DNA from: Chloroflexota bacterium
GTDB lineage: Bacteria > Chloroflexota > UBA11872 > VXNJ01
DNA length: 64,000 bases
NCBI GenBank assembly: GCA_965261345.1
Contig: OZ253449.1
Location: 1,216,001-1,280,000, forward strand
Direction: 5' to 3'
Part shown: positions 44,603 through 52,740 of the stretch, piece after piece
How the letters are laid out: the number at the start of each line of letters is the position of its first letter
How positions within the stretch are numbered: the stretch's first letter is position 1
Notes under the pieces: model-generated
Databases searched by the model: none
What the model saw: only the letters and a program-made list of their open reading frames with translations
Told to the model about the DNA's origin: nothing
Program-made: the position numbers and the translations under genes

Positions 44603-47600
44603 TCAGGCGCCTGGCGCCCGGGCCAGGCTGACCTGGAATGTTTGCCCTGAAATTTCCAACGGCTGGCTCAATTCAGGATTCCTTAACCGGATCGGGTGGA
44701 GCGAGATCGCCAGGACCTCGCTGGCAATTTCGGTGCCGTGTTCGGCCAGCAGCCGGTCGGCCTCCGGACCGGTCAGTGAGACCTCGATCCGGTCGGAGAT
44801 TTCGTATCCGGCGCTGCGCCGCATTCCCTGGATCGCGTGAACGATCTCGCGCGAGAGGCCCTCGCGCCGCAGTTTGGCGTCAATCGCGGTGGTTAGGCCA
44901 ACCGCAATTCCATCGCCGACCGCCACCGCCAGGCCCTCGATTCCCGAATAGCGGATTGCCAGGTCGTCGGCTAAGAGTATTTCCAAGCGACCGGCCAGCT
45001 CAATGGGGATTTCCTCGCCGGCATCGGCCTGGGCGGCAACCCGGGCCGGATCAAGCTCGGCGATCGCCGCCGCCGCCGCCCCGATGGACCGCCCGAAACG
45101 CGGTCCCAGCGAGCGGAAATTGGGTTTGATCTCAAACGAGAGCAGGCGCGAGGAGGAATCGGATACGCGCAGCGCCTTTACGTTCACCTCCGAGCAGATC
45201 AGATCACGGTGGCGGTCGATCGCCCGGCGGGCATTGCGGTCGGCGGTGCCGACCACGAGCTCGGCCAGCGGCTGGCGGGTTTTGAGGTTGGCCTGCGATC
45301 GGGCCGCCCGCCCCAACGAGATCACCGTCCGCAGCACCGCGAACTCGGCTTCCAATCCAGCGTCGATCCGTTCGGGCCGGGGCTGGACAAATGGGCAGAG
45401 GAAGACGCTTGCCGGGGCGCCAGGGACGTGCGCCTCCAGGTTCTGGTAGAGCTCCTCGGCCAGGTGCGGGGCCAGCGGAGCCATCAACCGGACGATCCCG
45501 GTCAACACCTCGTAGAGCGTCGCGTAGGCCGCCGCCTTATCCTCGTCGGCCTGCGACCTCCAGTAGCGGCGTCGACAGAGTCGCACGTACCAGTTGGAAA
45601 GGTCGTCCCAGAAACGCTCCAACTGCCCGACTAAGGGATATACCCAGTAGTTCTCATAGGACGTCTGGGCGCTGGCGACAAGGGAGTTGAAACGCGAAAT
45701 AATCCAGCGGTCAAGCACCGGGCGGGAGCCCAGCGGCGGGGCCGCCGTCAACGGGTCGAACTGGTCGAGTTCGGCGTAGGTGAGGAAGAACGCGTACACG
45801 TTCCAAAGGGTTAGGAACCGGCGCACCACCGCGCGCGCGGGCTGGTAACCGAAACGCACATTGGCGTTGGGGTTGGTGCCAACGTACATCCAGCGCATTA
45901 CGTCGGCGCCCATCTTGGCGACCGCCTCGTCAAAGTCGATCGAATTTCCAAACGAGCGGTGCATCGCCTGGCCGTTCTGGTCCATTACCTTTTCGTAGAC
46001 AAAGCAGGTCCGATAGGGCGCCCGGTCGGCGATCGCCACGCTCATAAAGAGCATCGAATAGAACCAGAGCCGGATCTGTTCACGCATCTCGGTAATAAAG
46101 TCGGCCGGGAACCACTGGTTCCAGGGCGAATCGGGGTCGGCCTGGTCGCCGCCGAGGTAATTTAGGGTCGAAAACGGCACGATTCCGGCGTCCAGCCAGC
46201 AGTCGCCGACCTCCTTTACGCGCTCGAGCTGGGCCCCGCAAACGCAGGCAATCCGGATCTCGTCGATCCAGGGTCGGTGCAGCTCTGGAAGGGAGTCGAC
46301 CGCGGCCGGGTCGATCGCCCGCGCGCGCAGCTCGGCCAGTGAGCCGATGACCGTGAGCTCGCCGCAGTCGGGGCATTCATAGAACGGCAGCGGCAGGCCC
46401 CAGTAGCGCTTGCGCGAGATGGCCCAGTCGCCCATGTTCTCCAGCCAGTCGACCATCCGGGCCCCGGCACTGGCGGGCACCCAGTTGACGGTACGGGCGG
46501 CGGCGATCATCCGCGGGCGGATCTGCTCGCACGCGATGAACCACTCGTCGACCAGATTGAAGACGATCTCCTCTTTGCAGCGCCAGCAGACCGGGTAGCG
46601 ATGGGTGTGGTCGCCAGCGACCAGGAGCAGGCCTTTGGCCTTTAGGCGATCCACAATGTAGGCGGTCGAATCGGCTACCCGGCGGCCGGCCAGTTCGCCG
46701 TAATCCTCCCGGTAGGCGCCTTCGCCATCAATGATTGAGAGCGCCGGCAGGCCCTCGCGCTGACCCAGCTCGAAGTCTTCGGCCCCCGATCCCGGGGCGA
46801 TGTGGACGATCCCGGTGCCCTCGTCGCCGACGACTTCTTCCCAGGCCACGATCCGGCGCGGGACATCGCGCTGCGGGTCGAGCTCGTCCCAGGGGCCCTG
46901 ATAGGTCAGGCCAAGCAGCTCTCGGCCGGGGAACTCCCGTTCGATTCGGGCCCCAGGCCCCAGGACCCGGTCTACGGCGGCGCGGGCCAACACATAGCGT
47001 TTCCCGTCCAGGCTGGCGCTAACGTATGCCAGGTCGGGGGCCACCGCGCAGGCGACGTTGCCAGCCAGGGTCCACGGGGTGGTGGTCCACACCAGCAGAT
47101 GCTCACCCTCACGTTGCCGGATCGGCAAGGCCAGAGTGACGGCGGTGTGGGTGAGTACCTGATAGGTGTCGGTGCCGAGCAGTTCGTGCTGCGAAAGCGA
47201 GGTCCCGCAGCGGGTGCACCAGGGCATGACGCGATTGCCGCGGCGCAGCCAGCCGTTCTCGCTGCAGACCTTGAGGAAATGCCAGATGTGCTCGATGTTG
47301 GAATCGGAGTGGGTGTAGTAGGAATCGTCCCAGTCCATCCACATCCCCAGGCGCCGGGACTGGCCGGAAATCCGCTCGCCAAAGCGTTCCACCCGCGCCG
47401 CGCAGGCCCGCGCGAAGCGGTCCAGGCCGTAGGCTTCGATCTCGCGCTTGGAATTGAGCCCAAGCTCGCGCTCGACCTCGACCTCAACCCACAGCCCCTG
47501 GCAGTCAAACCCGTTCTGGTAGCGCTGGTGGAACCCGCCCATGGCCTTGTAGCGGGTGTAGATGTCCTTGTAGGTTCTGCCCCAGGCGTGGTGGACCCCC

Positions 47601-47770
47601 ATCGGATTGTTGGCAGTTATCGGCCCGTCGATGAAGGAATGACGGGGCCCGTTGCGGTTCTGCTCGCGCAGCTTGGCAAAGACCTGGTTGTCTTCCCAGA
47701 AATCCTGGGCTGCGGCCTCGATCGCAGGCAGGTCGGGGACCTGCGGGGGGCGGCTAAAGTGGGTTGCCAT
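44603..47770 (-). CDS. ileS: Isoleucyl-tRNA synthetase, type 2
   Basis: Motifs DGP.TAN..MGVHH, GFDCQGL.VE, WTTTPWTL, GTGIVHIAP, YP.CWRC, DWAISRKRYWG.PLP and DLSNWYVR..RRR, with an IleRS2-type C-terminus (EG..RE.V..IQ..R). Confidence 0.96.
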   Translation of the reverse strand: MATHFSRPPQVPDLPAIEAAAQDFWEDNQVFAKLREQNRNGPRHSFIDGPITANNPMGVHHAWGRTYKDIYTRYKAMGGFHQRYQNGFDCQGLWVEVEVERELGLNSKREIEAYGLDRFARACAARVERFGERISGQSRRLGMWMDWDDSYYTHSDSNIEHIWHFLKVCSENGWLRRGNRVMPWCTRCGTSLSQHELLGTDTYQVLTHTAVTLALPIRQREGEHLLVWTTTPWTLAGNVACAVAPDLAYVSASLDGKRYVLARAAVDRVLGPGARIEREFPGRELLGLTYQGPWDELDPQRDVPRRIVAWEEVVGDEGTGIVHIAPGSGAEDFELGQREGLPALSIIDGEGAYREDYGELAGRRVADSTAYIVDRLKAKGLLLVAGDHTHRYPVCWRCKEEIVFNLVDEWFIACEQIRPRMIAAARTVNWVPASAGARMVDWLENMGDWAISRKRYWGLPLPFYECPDCGELTVIGSLAELRARAIDPAAVDSLPELHRPWIDEIRIACVCGAQLERVKEVGDCWLDAGIVPFSTLNYLGGDQADPDSPWNQWFPADFITEMREQIRLWFYSMLFMSVAIADRAPYRTCFVYEKVMDQNGQAMHRSFGNSIDFDEAVAKMGADVMRWMYVGTNPNANVRFGYQPARAVVRRFLTLWNVYAFFLTYAELDQFDPLTAAPPLGSRPVLDRWIISRFNSLVASAQTSYENYWVYPLVGQLERFWDDLSNWYVRLCRRRYWRSQADEDKAAAYATLYEVLTGIVRLMAPLAPHLAEELYQNLEAHVPGAPASVFLCPFVQPRPERIDAGLEAEFAVLRTVISLGRAARSQANLKTRQPLAELVVGTADRNARRAIDRHRDLICSEVNVKALRVSDSSSRLLSFEIKPNFRSLGPRFGRSIGAAAAAIAELDPARVAAQADAGEEIPIELAGRLEILLADDLAIRYSGIEGLAVAVGDGIAVGLTTAIDAKLRREGLSREIVHAIQGMRRSAGYEISDRIEVSLTGPEADRLLAEHGTEIASEVLAISLHPIRLRNPELSQPLEISGQTFQVSLARAPGA

Positions 47771-48492
47771 CAGTTCGCCAGCGCGATCTCGACCCGGCGG
47801 TTGACTCGGCCCTTGTTCGACCCGCCAATGACCCGGATGGCCCCGACCTGGTCGGTTGCCTTGACATGGGTTCCGCCATCGGCCTGCAGGTCAATACCGA
47901 CAATTTCAACGATCCGCACCTGGGTGATCGATTCGGGAAGGCGGTTAACCTGCGAGCGGATAAGGTCCGGGATTGCGAAGGCCTCGGCCCGCGGCAGCTG
48001 GTAGGCCTTAACCGGGGCGGCGGTCGCCAGCAGAGCGTTGCTGCGCGATTCCAGCTCGTTGAGGATGTCGCCGATCCGAACCCCCTCCAGGGCAAAGTCC
48101 ATCCGCGCCTTGGACCCGTCGTCGGCGATGTTGGCGCCGGTTACCAGGGCCCCGAATCCGGAGAAAACGACCTGCGAGAGAACGTGTAGGGCGGTGTGCA
48201 AGCGCATCAATTTAAACCGCCGCGGCCAGTCGATCCGGCCGTGCACCGGGGTGCCGACGGCTGGCGGATCGCCCTCGATCGGGTGGGCGATGTCCCCGCC
48301 GCGGCGGGCCGCCACCGCCACCGCATGGGTGTGGCCGGAGATTTCAAGCTGCCCGCTGTCGCCCGGTTGGCCGCCGCCGCGCGGGTAGAACGCACTCTCA
48401 CTGAGAAAAAGGTCGCCACCGTCGACGGCGGTGACGGTCGCGGCGAATTCTTTTCGATACGCGTCTAGATAGTAGAGCGGTTTGGCGGGCAT
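47770..48492 (-). CDS. Free-standing alanyl-tRNA editing protein (AlaX-M type)
   Basis: Motifs LYY.DAY..EF.A.V, FYP.GGGQPGD.G, MRLHTALH and QADGGTHV; the stop overlaps the ileS start. Confidence 0.92.
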   Translation of the reverse strand: MPAKPLYYLDAYRKEFAATVTAVDGGDLFLSESAFYPRGGGQPGDSGQLEISGHTHAVAVAARRGGDIAHPIEGDPPAVGTPVHGRIDWPRRFKLMRLHTALHVLSQVVFSGFGALVTGANIADDGSKARMDFALEGVRIGDILNELESRSNALLATAAPVKAYQLPRAEAFAIPDLIRSQVNRLPESITQVRIVEIVGIDLQADGGTHVKATDQVGAIRVIGGSNKGRVNRRVEIALAN

Positions 48493-48585
48493 GGATCGTA
48501 AGGATACGAAGGGATTGGGGACGGCGGGGTAAGGCCGGCGCCGGCCAAGCAATTGGCCGCCAAAAAGTCTATGGCCTGGGAGGCC

Positions 48586-49149
48586 TTAGGCAGCCAGAAC
48601 CAGGTATGTCTCCAGCACCCAGCCGCCGCCCGGCTCATCGAGCTCCCGCCACGTTCCGTCGCCGTCGAGATGCAGCTGTCCGGAAAGGCGCACGATTTGC
48701 CGGTCGGGCAGGACCTGCAGGATCTCTCCGGCGTAGGAGGGCAGCGATCTGACGTTTAAGCCGATCGTGGCGTTAACCGCGGCGTGGCCGGCCGGAATCT
48801 GGGTCGGATCCACGGGCTCGGCCGTAGGCTGTGGCGCTGCGGTTGCGGTCGCGGTTGGGACAACGGTCGCGGTCGGGGTGGCGATTTGGGTCGGGATAGC
48901 CGTCGGGGTCGCTGTAGCCACCAGGGTCGGTACCGGGGCCGCCGCCGCGGTTGGCTGGGCCGGCCTGGCTGGGACCTGCTCGATCGCCCCGGGCGCGGCG
49001 GCTTGGTCGGGCGCACGCCCAAACAGGGTAAATATTAGTAACAGGCCGAAAAGGCCGGTTAGGGCAAACCCCAGAGGCTGGAGGACGTCGCGACGGCGCC
49101 GCGCGCGACGGTTGGCCGGCGGAAGCGAGCGGTCCGGTTGTGCGAGCAC
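48586..49149 (-). CDS. Membrane-anchored Pro/Thr-linker SH3b-domain protein
   Basis: TM helix, PTAT repeats and GLNVRS.P......L.D...V......W......GWV...YL. Confidence 0.8.
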   Translation of the reverse strand: MLAQPDRSLPPANRRARRRRDVLQPLGFALTGLFGLLLIFTLFGRAPDQAAAPGAIEQVPARPAQPTAAAAPVPTLVATATPTAIPTQIATPTATVVPTATATAAPQPTAEPVDPTQIPAGHAAVNATIGLNVRSLPSYAGEILQVLPDRQIVRLSGQLHLDGDGTWRELDEPGGGWVLETYLVLAA

Positions 49150-49174
49150 CGCGACACCCCCGAGGGCTTGCTAA

Positions 49175-50029
49175 CTAGCGCGATCGCGGGCCGCGGCGGC
49201 GCGACTCGGCCCGGCGCCGCGACCTGGCCGGGCGGCTGCGGCGCGGCCGGCCGGCCGATCGGGTCGAAGTCTCCGGTTCGTCCGTATAGAACTGGGCCGG
49301 TTGGTCGTCGATCGGAGCGGGTTCGCCGCCGCTGAGAAATTCGGGCAGGCCGGCGTCAGGATTGGCCGGCTTTTGCGGAACCGCGCCCTCCACGTACATC
49401 TCGTGTTCGTAGCGCAGGCAGCAGAGCAGGCGCCCACACACCCCGGAGATCTTGGCCGGATTGAGCGGGAGATTCTGGTTCTTGGCCATCCGAACCGAAA
49501 CCCGGCCCGGTTCGACCAGCCAGGATGAGCAGCACAGGCTCAAACCGCAGCGGCCCAGCCCGTCGACCAATGCCGCTCGCTCGCGCGAACCGACCTGGCG
49601 CAGTTCGATCCGGGCATGGAAGACCCCGGCCAATTCGCCGGCGAGGTCGGAAAAGTCGACCTGGCCGCTGGCGGCGATATTAAAGGTCAGAGTCGCCCCA
49701 TCAAAGCTCCAATTGGCCTTGATCGGTTTGATCGGCAATCCGCGTTCGCCGATGAGTTGCTTGAAGCGGGCCATCGCCTCGGTGGCCCGTACTGACTGCT
49801 CCTCGAATTTGATCCGGTCCTGCTCGCTGGCGTGTCGGATGACCTTGCGCAGCGGCGCGCGCAGCTCGGTGTCGTCGACCTCGGTCGGGGCCAGGATCAC
49901 CCGTGCCAGCTCGGTGCGCGAGCCGGCCTCAACCAGGACCAGGTCCTCGACCTGGAAGGGGACCGAGTCGGGGTCGTAGTAGAAGAGGCGGCCGGCGCGC
50001 CGAAAACGTACGCCGATAACAGTTGGCAT
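49175..50029 (-). CDS. ricT: PSP1-domain protein RicT/YaaT
   Basis: Motifs VIGVRF..AG..YY.P, VDF..L...LA......RIELRQVG.R, G.CG..LCC and K.SG.CGRL.CCL.YE; Arg-rich tail. Confidence 0.9.
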   Translation of the reverse strand: MPTVIGVRFRRAGRLFYYDPDSVPFQVEDLVLVEAGSRTELARVILAPTEVDDTELRAPLRKVIRHASEQDRIKFEEQSVRATEAMARFKQLIGERGLPIKPIKANWSFDGATLTFNIAASGQVDFSDLAGELAGVFHARIELRQVGSRERAALVDGLGRCGLSLCCSSWLVEPGRVSVRMAKNQNLPLNPAKISGVCGRLLCCLRYEHEMYVEGAVPQKPANPDAGLPEFLSGGEPAPIDDQPAQFYTDEPETSTRSAGRPRRSRPARSRRRAESRRRGPRSR

Positions 50030-50208
50030 GGCAGCCGCGGTTGCGCTTTGCTTGGGTGGGAATTTATCAGATGGCTTGGCCCTGCCGGGACCGGGCCACC
50101 GGACACCGGTCGACCGCCCGACAGCAGGGTCGAGTAAAACGAGTCTATTTCGTCAGCTGACCAACGCAATGCCGACCCCCACGGGGGGGCTGGCGCCGGC
50201 ACCTTGAC

Positions 50209-51171
50209 CTAGGTGGCCTGCAGGCGACCGATGTTTAGGAAAACGTCCTCGATTGCCGGTCGCAGCATCGCGTTCCCGCGCAGGCGCCGCAGACCCTCAC
50301 GCAGCAGGGCCGCGTCGTTTGCCCAGGCAATCAGGCTGGCGGTCTCACCGCTGCGCCGGGCGGCCAGTGCCAACTCCAGCCACTCCAGCGACTCGATCGC
50401 CGCCGATCGCCGTTCGGCAGCGCTCCGCCCGTCGGTGGCCACGGTGGCGGCGACTTCCATCCTCCGGGCATCGTCGTTGCCGGCTTCGAGGGCCGAGAGC
50501 ATCAGCTTGGCGCGGCGGTCAAAGCGTTGCAATAGCCGTCGGTCGGACGCCATCGCCAGTGCCCAGCCGGGCCGTCCGAAGGCATGCGCGAGGGCGGTTT
50601 CGAGGTCCTCTCCGTCAACCCCGGTGCGGCTTCTAACCAGCTCGCCCAGCAGTTTGTCGGGCAGGGCGTAGAGCCGCAGTCGCGAACAGCGGGAGGCCAC
50701 CGTCGGCAGCAGCGAACTCACGTCCGGGGCCGCCAGCATGATGAGGGTGTGGCCCGGCGGCTGCTCGAGCGTTTTGAGCAGCGCGTTGGCCGCGCTTTCG
50801 GAAAAAAGGTGGGCGTTGGGAAAGATGGCGATCTTGAACCGGCCGCCGACCGAGGTGAGCGCCACTCGGTTCTCGAATTCGCGGATCTGGTCGATCTGGA
50901 CCCGGCCGTGACCCTCCGCAACATCAACGGTCCGGACATCGAAATCGGCCCCCTTGGCGATCCGCTGACAGCTGGGGCAGGCCCGGCAGGGACCCCGACC
51001 ATCGGCGTCGGGGCAGTTTAGGTAGGCGGCCAACCCGCACATCAGGGTGGTCTTGCCCGAATGGGGTGGGCCGGTAAACAACAGCGCGTGCGGGAGGCGG
51101 CCGCTTGAGAGCATCACCTCGATTAAGCGGACCGCGGCGGTCTGGCCGACCACCCCGAGATCTAGCGCCAT
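50209..51171 (-). CDS. holB: DNA polymerase III subunit delta'
   Basis: Motifs PHALLF.GP..SGK, C...GPC..C..C, AANALLKTLEQPP and LLPTV.SRC; upstream of ricT as in the conserved synteny. Confidence 0.9.
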   Translation of the reverse strand: MALDLGVVGQTAAVRLIEVMLSSGRLPHALLFTGPPHSGKTTLMCGLAAYLNCPDADGRGPCRACPSCQRIAKGADFDVRTVDVAEGHGRVQIDQIREFENRVALTSVGGRFKIAIFPNAHLFSESAANALLKTLEQPPGHTLIMLAAPDVSSLLPTVASRCSRLRLYALPDKLLGELVRSRTGVDGEDLETALAHAFGRPGWALAMASDRRLLQRFDRRAKLMLSALEAGNDDARRMEVAATVATDGRSAAERRSAAIESLEWLELALAARRSGETASLIAWANDAALLREGLRRLRGNAMLRPAIEDVFLNIGRLQAT

Positions 51172-51281
51172 GGTGTGGGTGGCCACTCGGACCGGGCCGG
51201 GAACTGATCAATCCCGGTTGGCGTCGACGCGGTTGCCCCGACTGCCCCGGTTAGACGATGGTGGCAGGCCCGCAAACGGAG

Positions 51282-51902
51282 TTAACCGGCCTCGACCGCG
51301 GCGCCGGCATAGGCGTCTATGAATTCGCCTAAGATTTCCCCGTCAACCTGGTTTAAGGCCAGCAGGGTGCCGTATGCGCTAACCGAAATGTGCGATCCGC
51401 TGGCAGCCCGGTAGGGCGCCAGGATCACTGGGCGATCGGGGAACAAATCGACGACCTCGGCAAGTTCGTCAACCATCCCGGCGCAGAGGCCGGCCGCCGG
51501 TGGACAGCTGTAACCGATGACCACGTAGCCTTCGGCCAGGGCTGCCACCTGATCGAGGTTGCTGATCTCGCGGTCGTAGATTCCCGGCTCCGGGGCGGTC
51601 GCCGAACGCGCCCCCGAGGTGGGTGGGATCGTCAGGTAGGGATCATGCATCACGTCGGGCCCCACCACTACCGTCGGGGCGACGTCGACGCTGTTGCCGG
51701 GTGGGCCCTCGAGTAATCCGTTTATGGCCATAAATTCAAATGGCAGCAGGACCACCATCAGCACCATCAGGATGACGAAGCGCTTCTGTCGAAAGGGGTT
51801 AAAACCCGCCCGCGGCGGCGGAGCGGCGCTGGCCGGAGCGCCCGCTGGCTCTACCGGCAGGCGAGATTGAGTTTTTCCGCGGCGGCGGCGGCGGGTGGCC
51901 AT
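51282..51902 (-). CDS. DUF3105-like membrane-anchored protein
   Basis: TM helix, then Y...PPTSG...GIY......V..L..G.V.I.Y.C...VILAPY...A.G; start MATRRRRRG. Confidence 0.65.
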   Translation of the reverse strand: MATRRRRRGKTQSRLPVEPAGAPASAAPPPRAGFNPFRQKRFVILMVLMVVLLPFEFMAINGLLEGPPGNSVDVAPTVVVGPDVMHDPYLTIPPTSGARSATAPEPGIYDREISNLDQVAALAEGYVVIGYSCPPAAGLCAGMVDELAEVVDLFPDRPVILAPYRAASGSHISVSAYGTLLALNQVDGEILGEFIDAYAGAAVEAG

Positions 51903-52014
51903 GGTGTCCTTACTAGGTCTTGGGCTATCTGCTTGCTTGCTGCAATTTTCTTTATCCGGGACCGGACCGGCGGGATCGGGGCGGTGTCCCGGCAACTTTC
52001 TATAATTGCCCGAA

Positions 52015-52120
52015 GTGGTCGGATGACCCGACCGCCCGCGCCTGAGACTATGGCGGGGTGAAAGCTTGACGGGCAGCGTCCGCGTTGACCCACAATCTAT
52101 TTTGTTTTTGAGGTTCTGGT
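52015..52120 (+). promoter_or_regulatory. Candidate structured rpsO leader (S15 autoregulatory RNA) downstream of TATAAT at 52001-52006
   Basis: Hairpin GTGGTCGG/CCGACCGC, then a three-way junction: GCCCG(52034-38)/CGGGC(52070-74), CGCC/GGCG and GGGT-GAAA-GCTT. Confidence 0.4.
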
Positions 52121-52387
52121 TTGCCGTATCTAGGCACCAAGCAGGAAGCCATCCAAACCCTGCAAAACCATGAGCTGGACACCGGATCAACCGAGGTTCA
52201 GATCGGCGTATTGACGACGCGCATTGTGCACCTTACCGATCATCTTCGGACGCACAAGCACGACCATCACTCGCGTCGTGGTTTGCTCAAGCTGGTTGGC
52301 AAGCGCGGCTCGCTGCTCAGGTATCTGCGGACCAAGAATTCTCAGCGTTACACGGAGGTGATAAGAACTTTGGAATTGCGCGGCTAA
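52121..52387 (+). CDS. rpsO: 30S ribosomal protein S15
   Basis: Motif [38 protein letters not shown]; TTG start after GAGG. Confidence 0.98.
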   Translation: MPYLGTKQEAIQTLQNHELDTGSTEVQIGVLTTRIVHLTDHLRTHKHDHHSRRGLLKLVGKRGSLLRYLRTKNSQRYTEVIRTLELRG

Positions 52388-52740
52388 GGCCGCGTTGCAG
52401 GGCTGCGGTCTATCTATTTGTATGGAACATGTAAGACCGCCGTACCCTGTCCCCCATTCGGCCCGGCCCGTCAATGTGCCTAAAAAAGGACACGACGGAA
52501 TCCGGCCAACGCTTTTTCTTTAAAAAGCGGCAGAGGGTTGACCAGTTAAAAAATGTCAACCAATCCTTGGGCTTGGCCAGATAGTCATTCAATCGGAAAA
52601 GAAAGCAAACCGGCCAAAGCAGCCCGATTCGTGCTCTTCAAGGCAAAGAAAGCAACAAAAAAAGTTCTGCCCCCGAGCATCGACCGATTTCGGCCGCTTA
52701 TTGAATTTTTTAAACTCCATTCATCTTTGAGAAGAGATCT

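Noticed and set aside
47771-48585. T-box leader for ileS
   Set aside because: ileS is directly coupled to alaX, and no T-box consensus (AGGGTGGNACCGCG) is seen upstream of either gene.
50074-50135. SRP (4.5S) RNA
   Set aside because: It contains AGCAG but lacks the CAGG...GGAA tetraloop of helix 8; kept only as a generic structured-RNA candidate.
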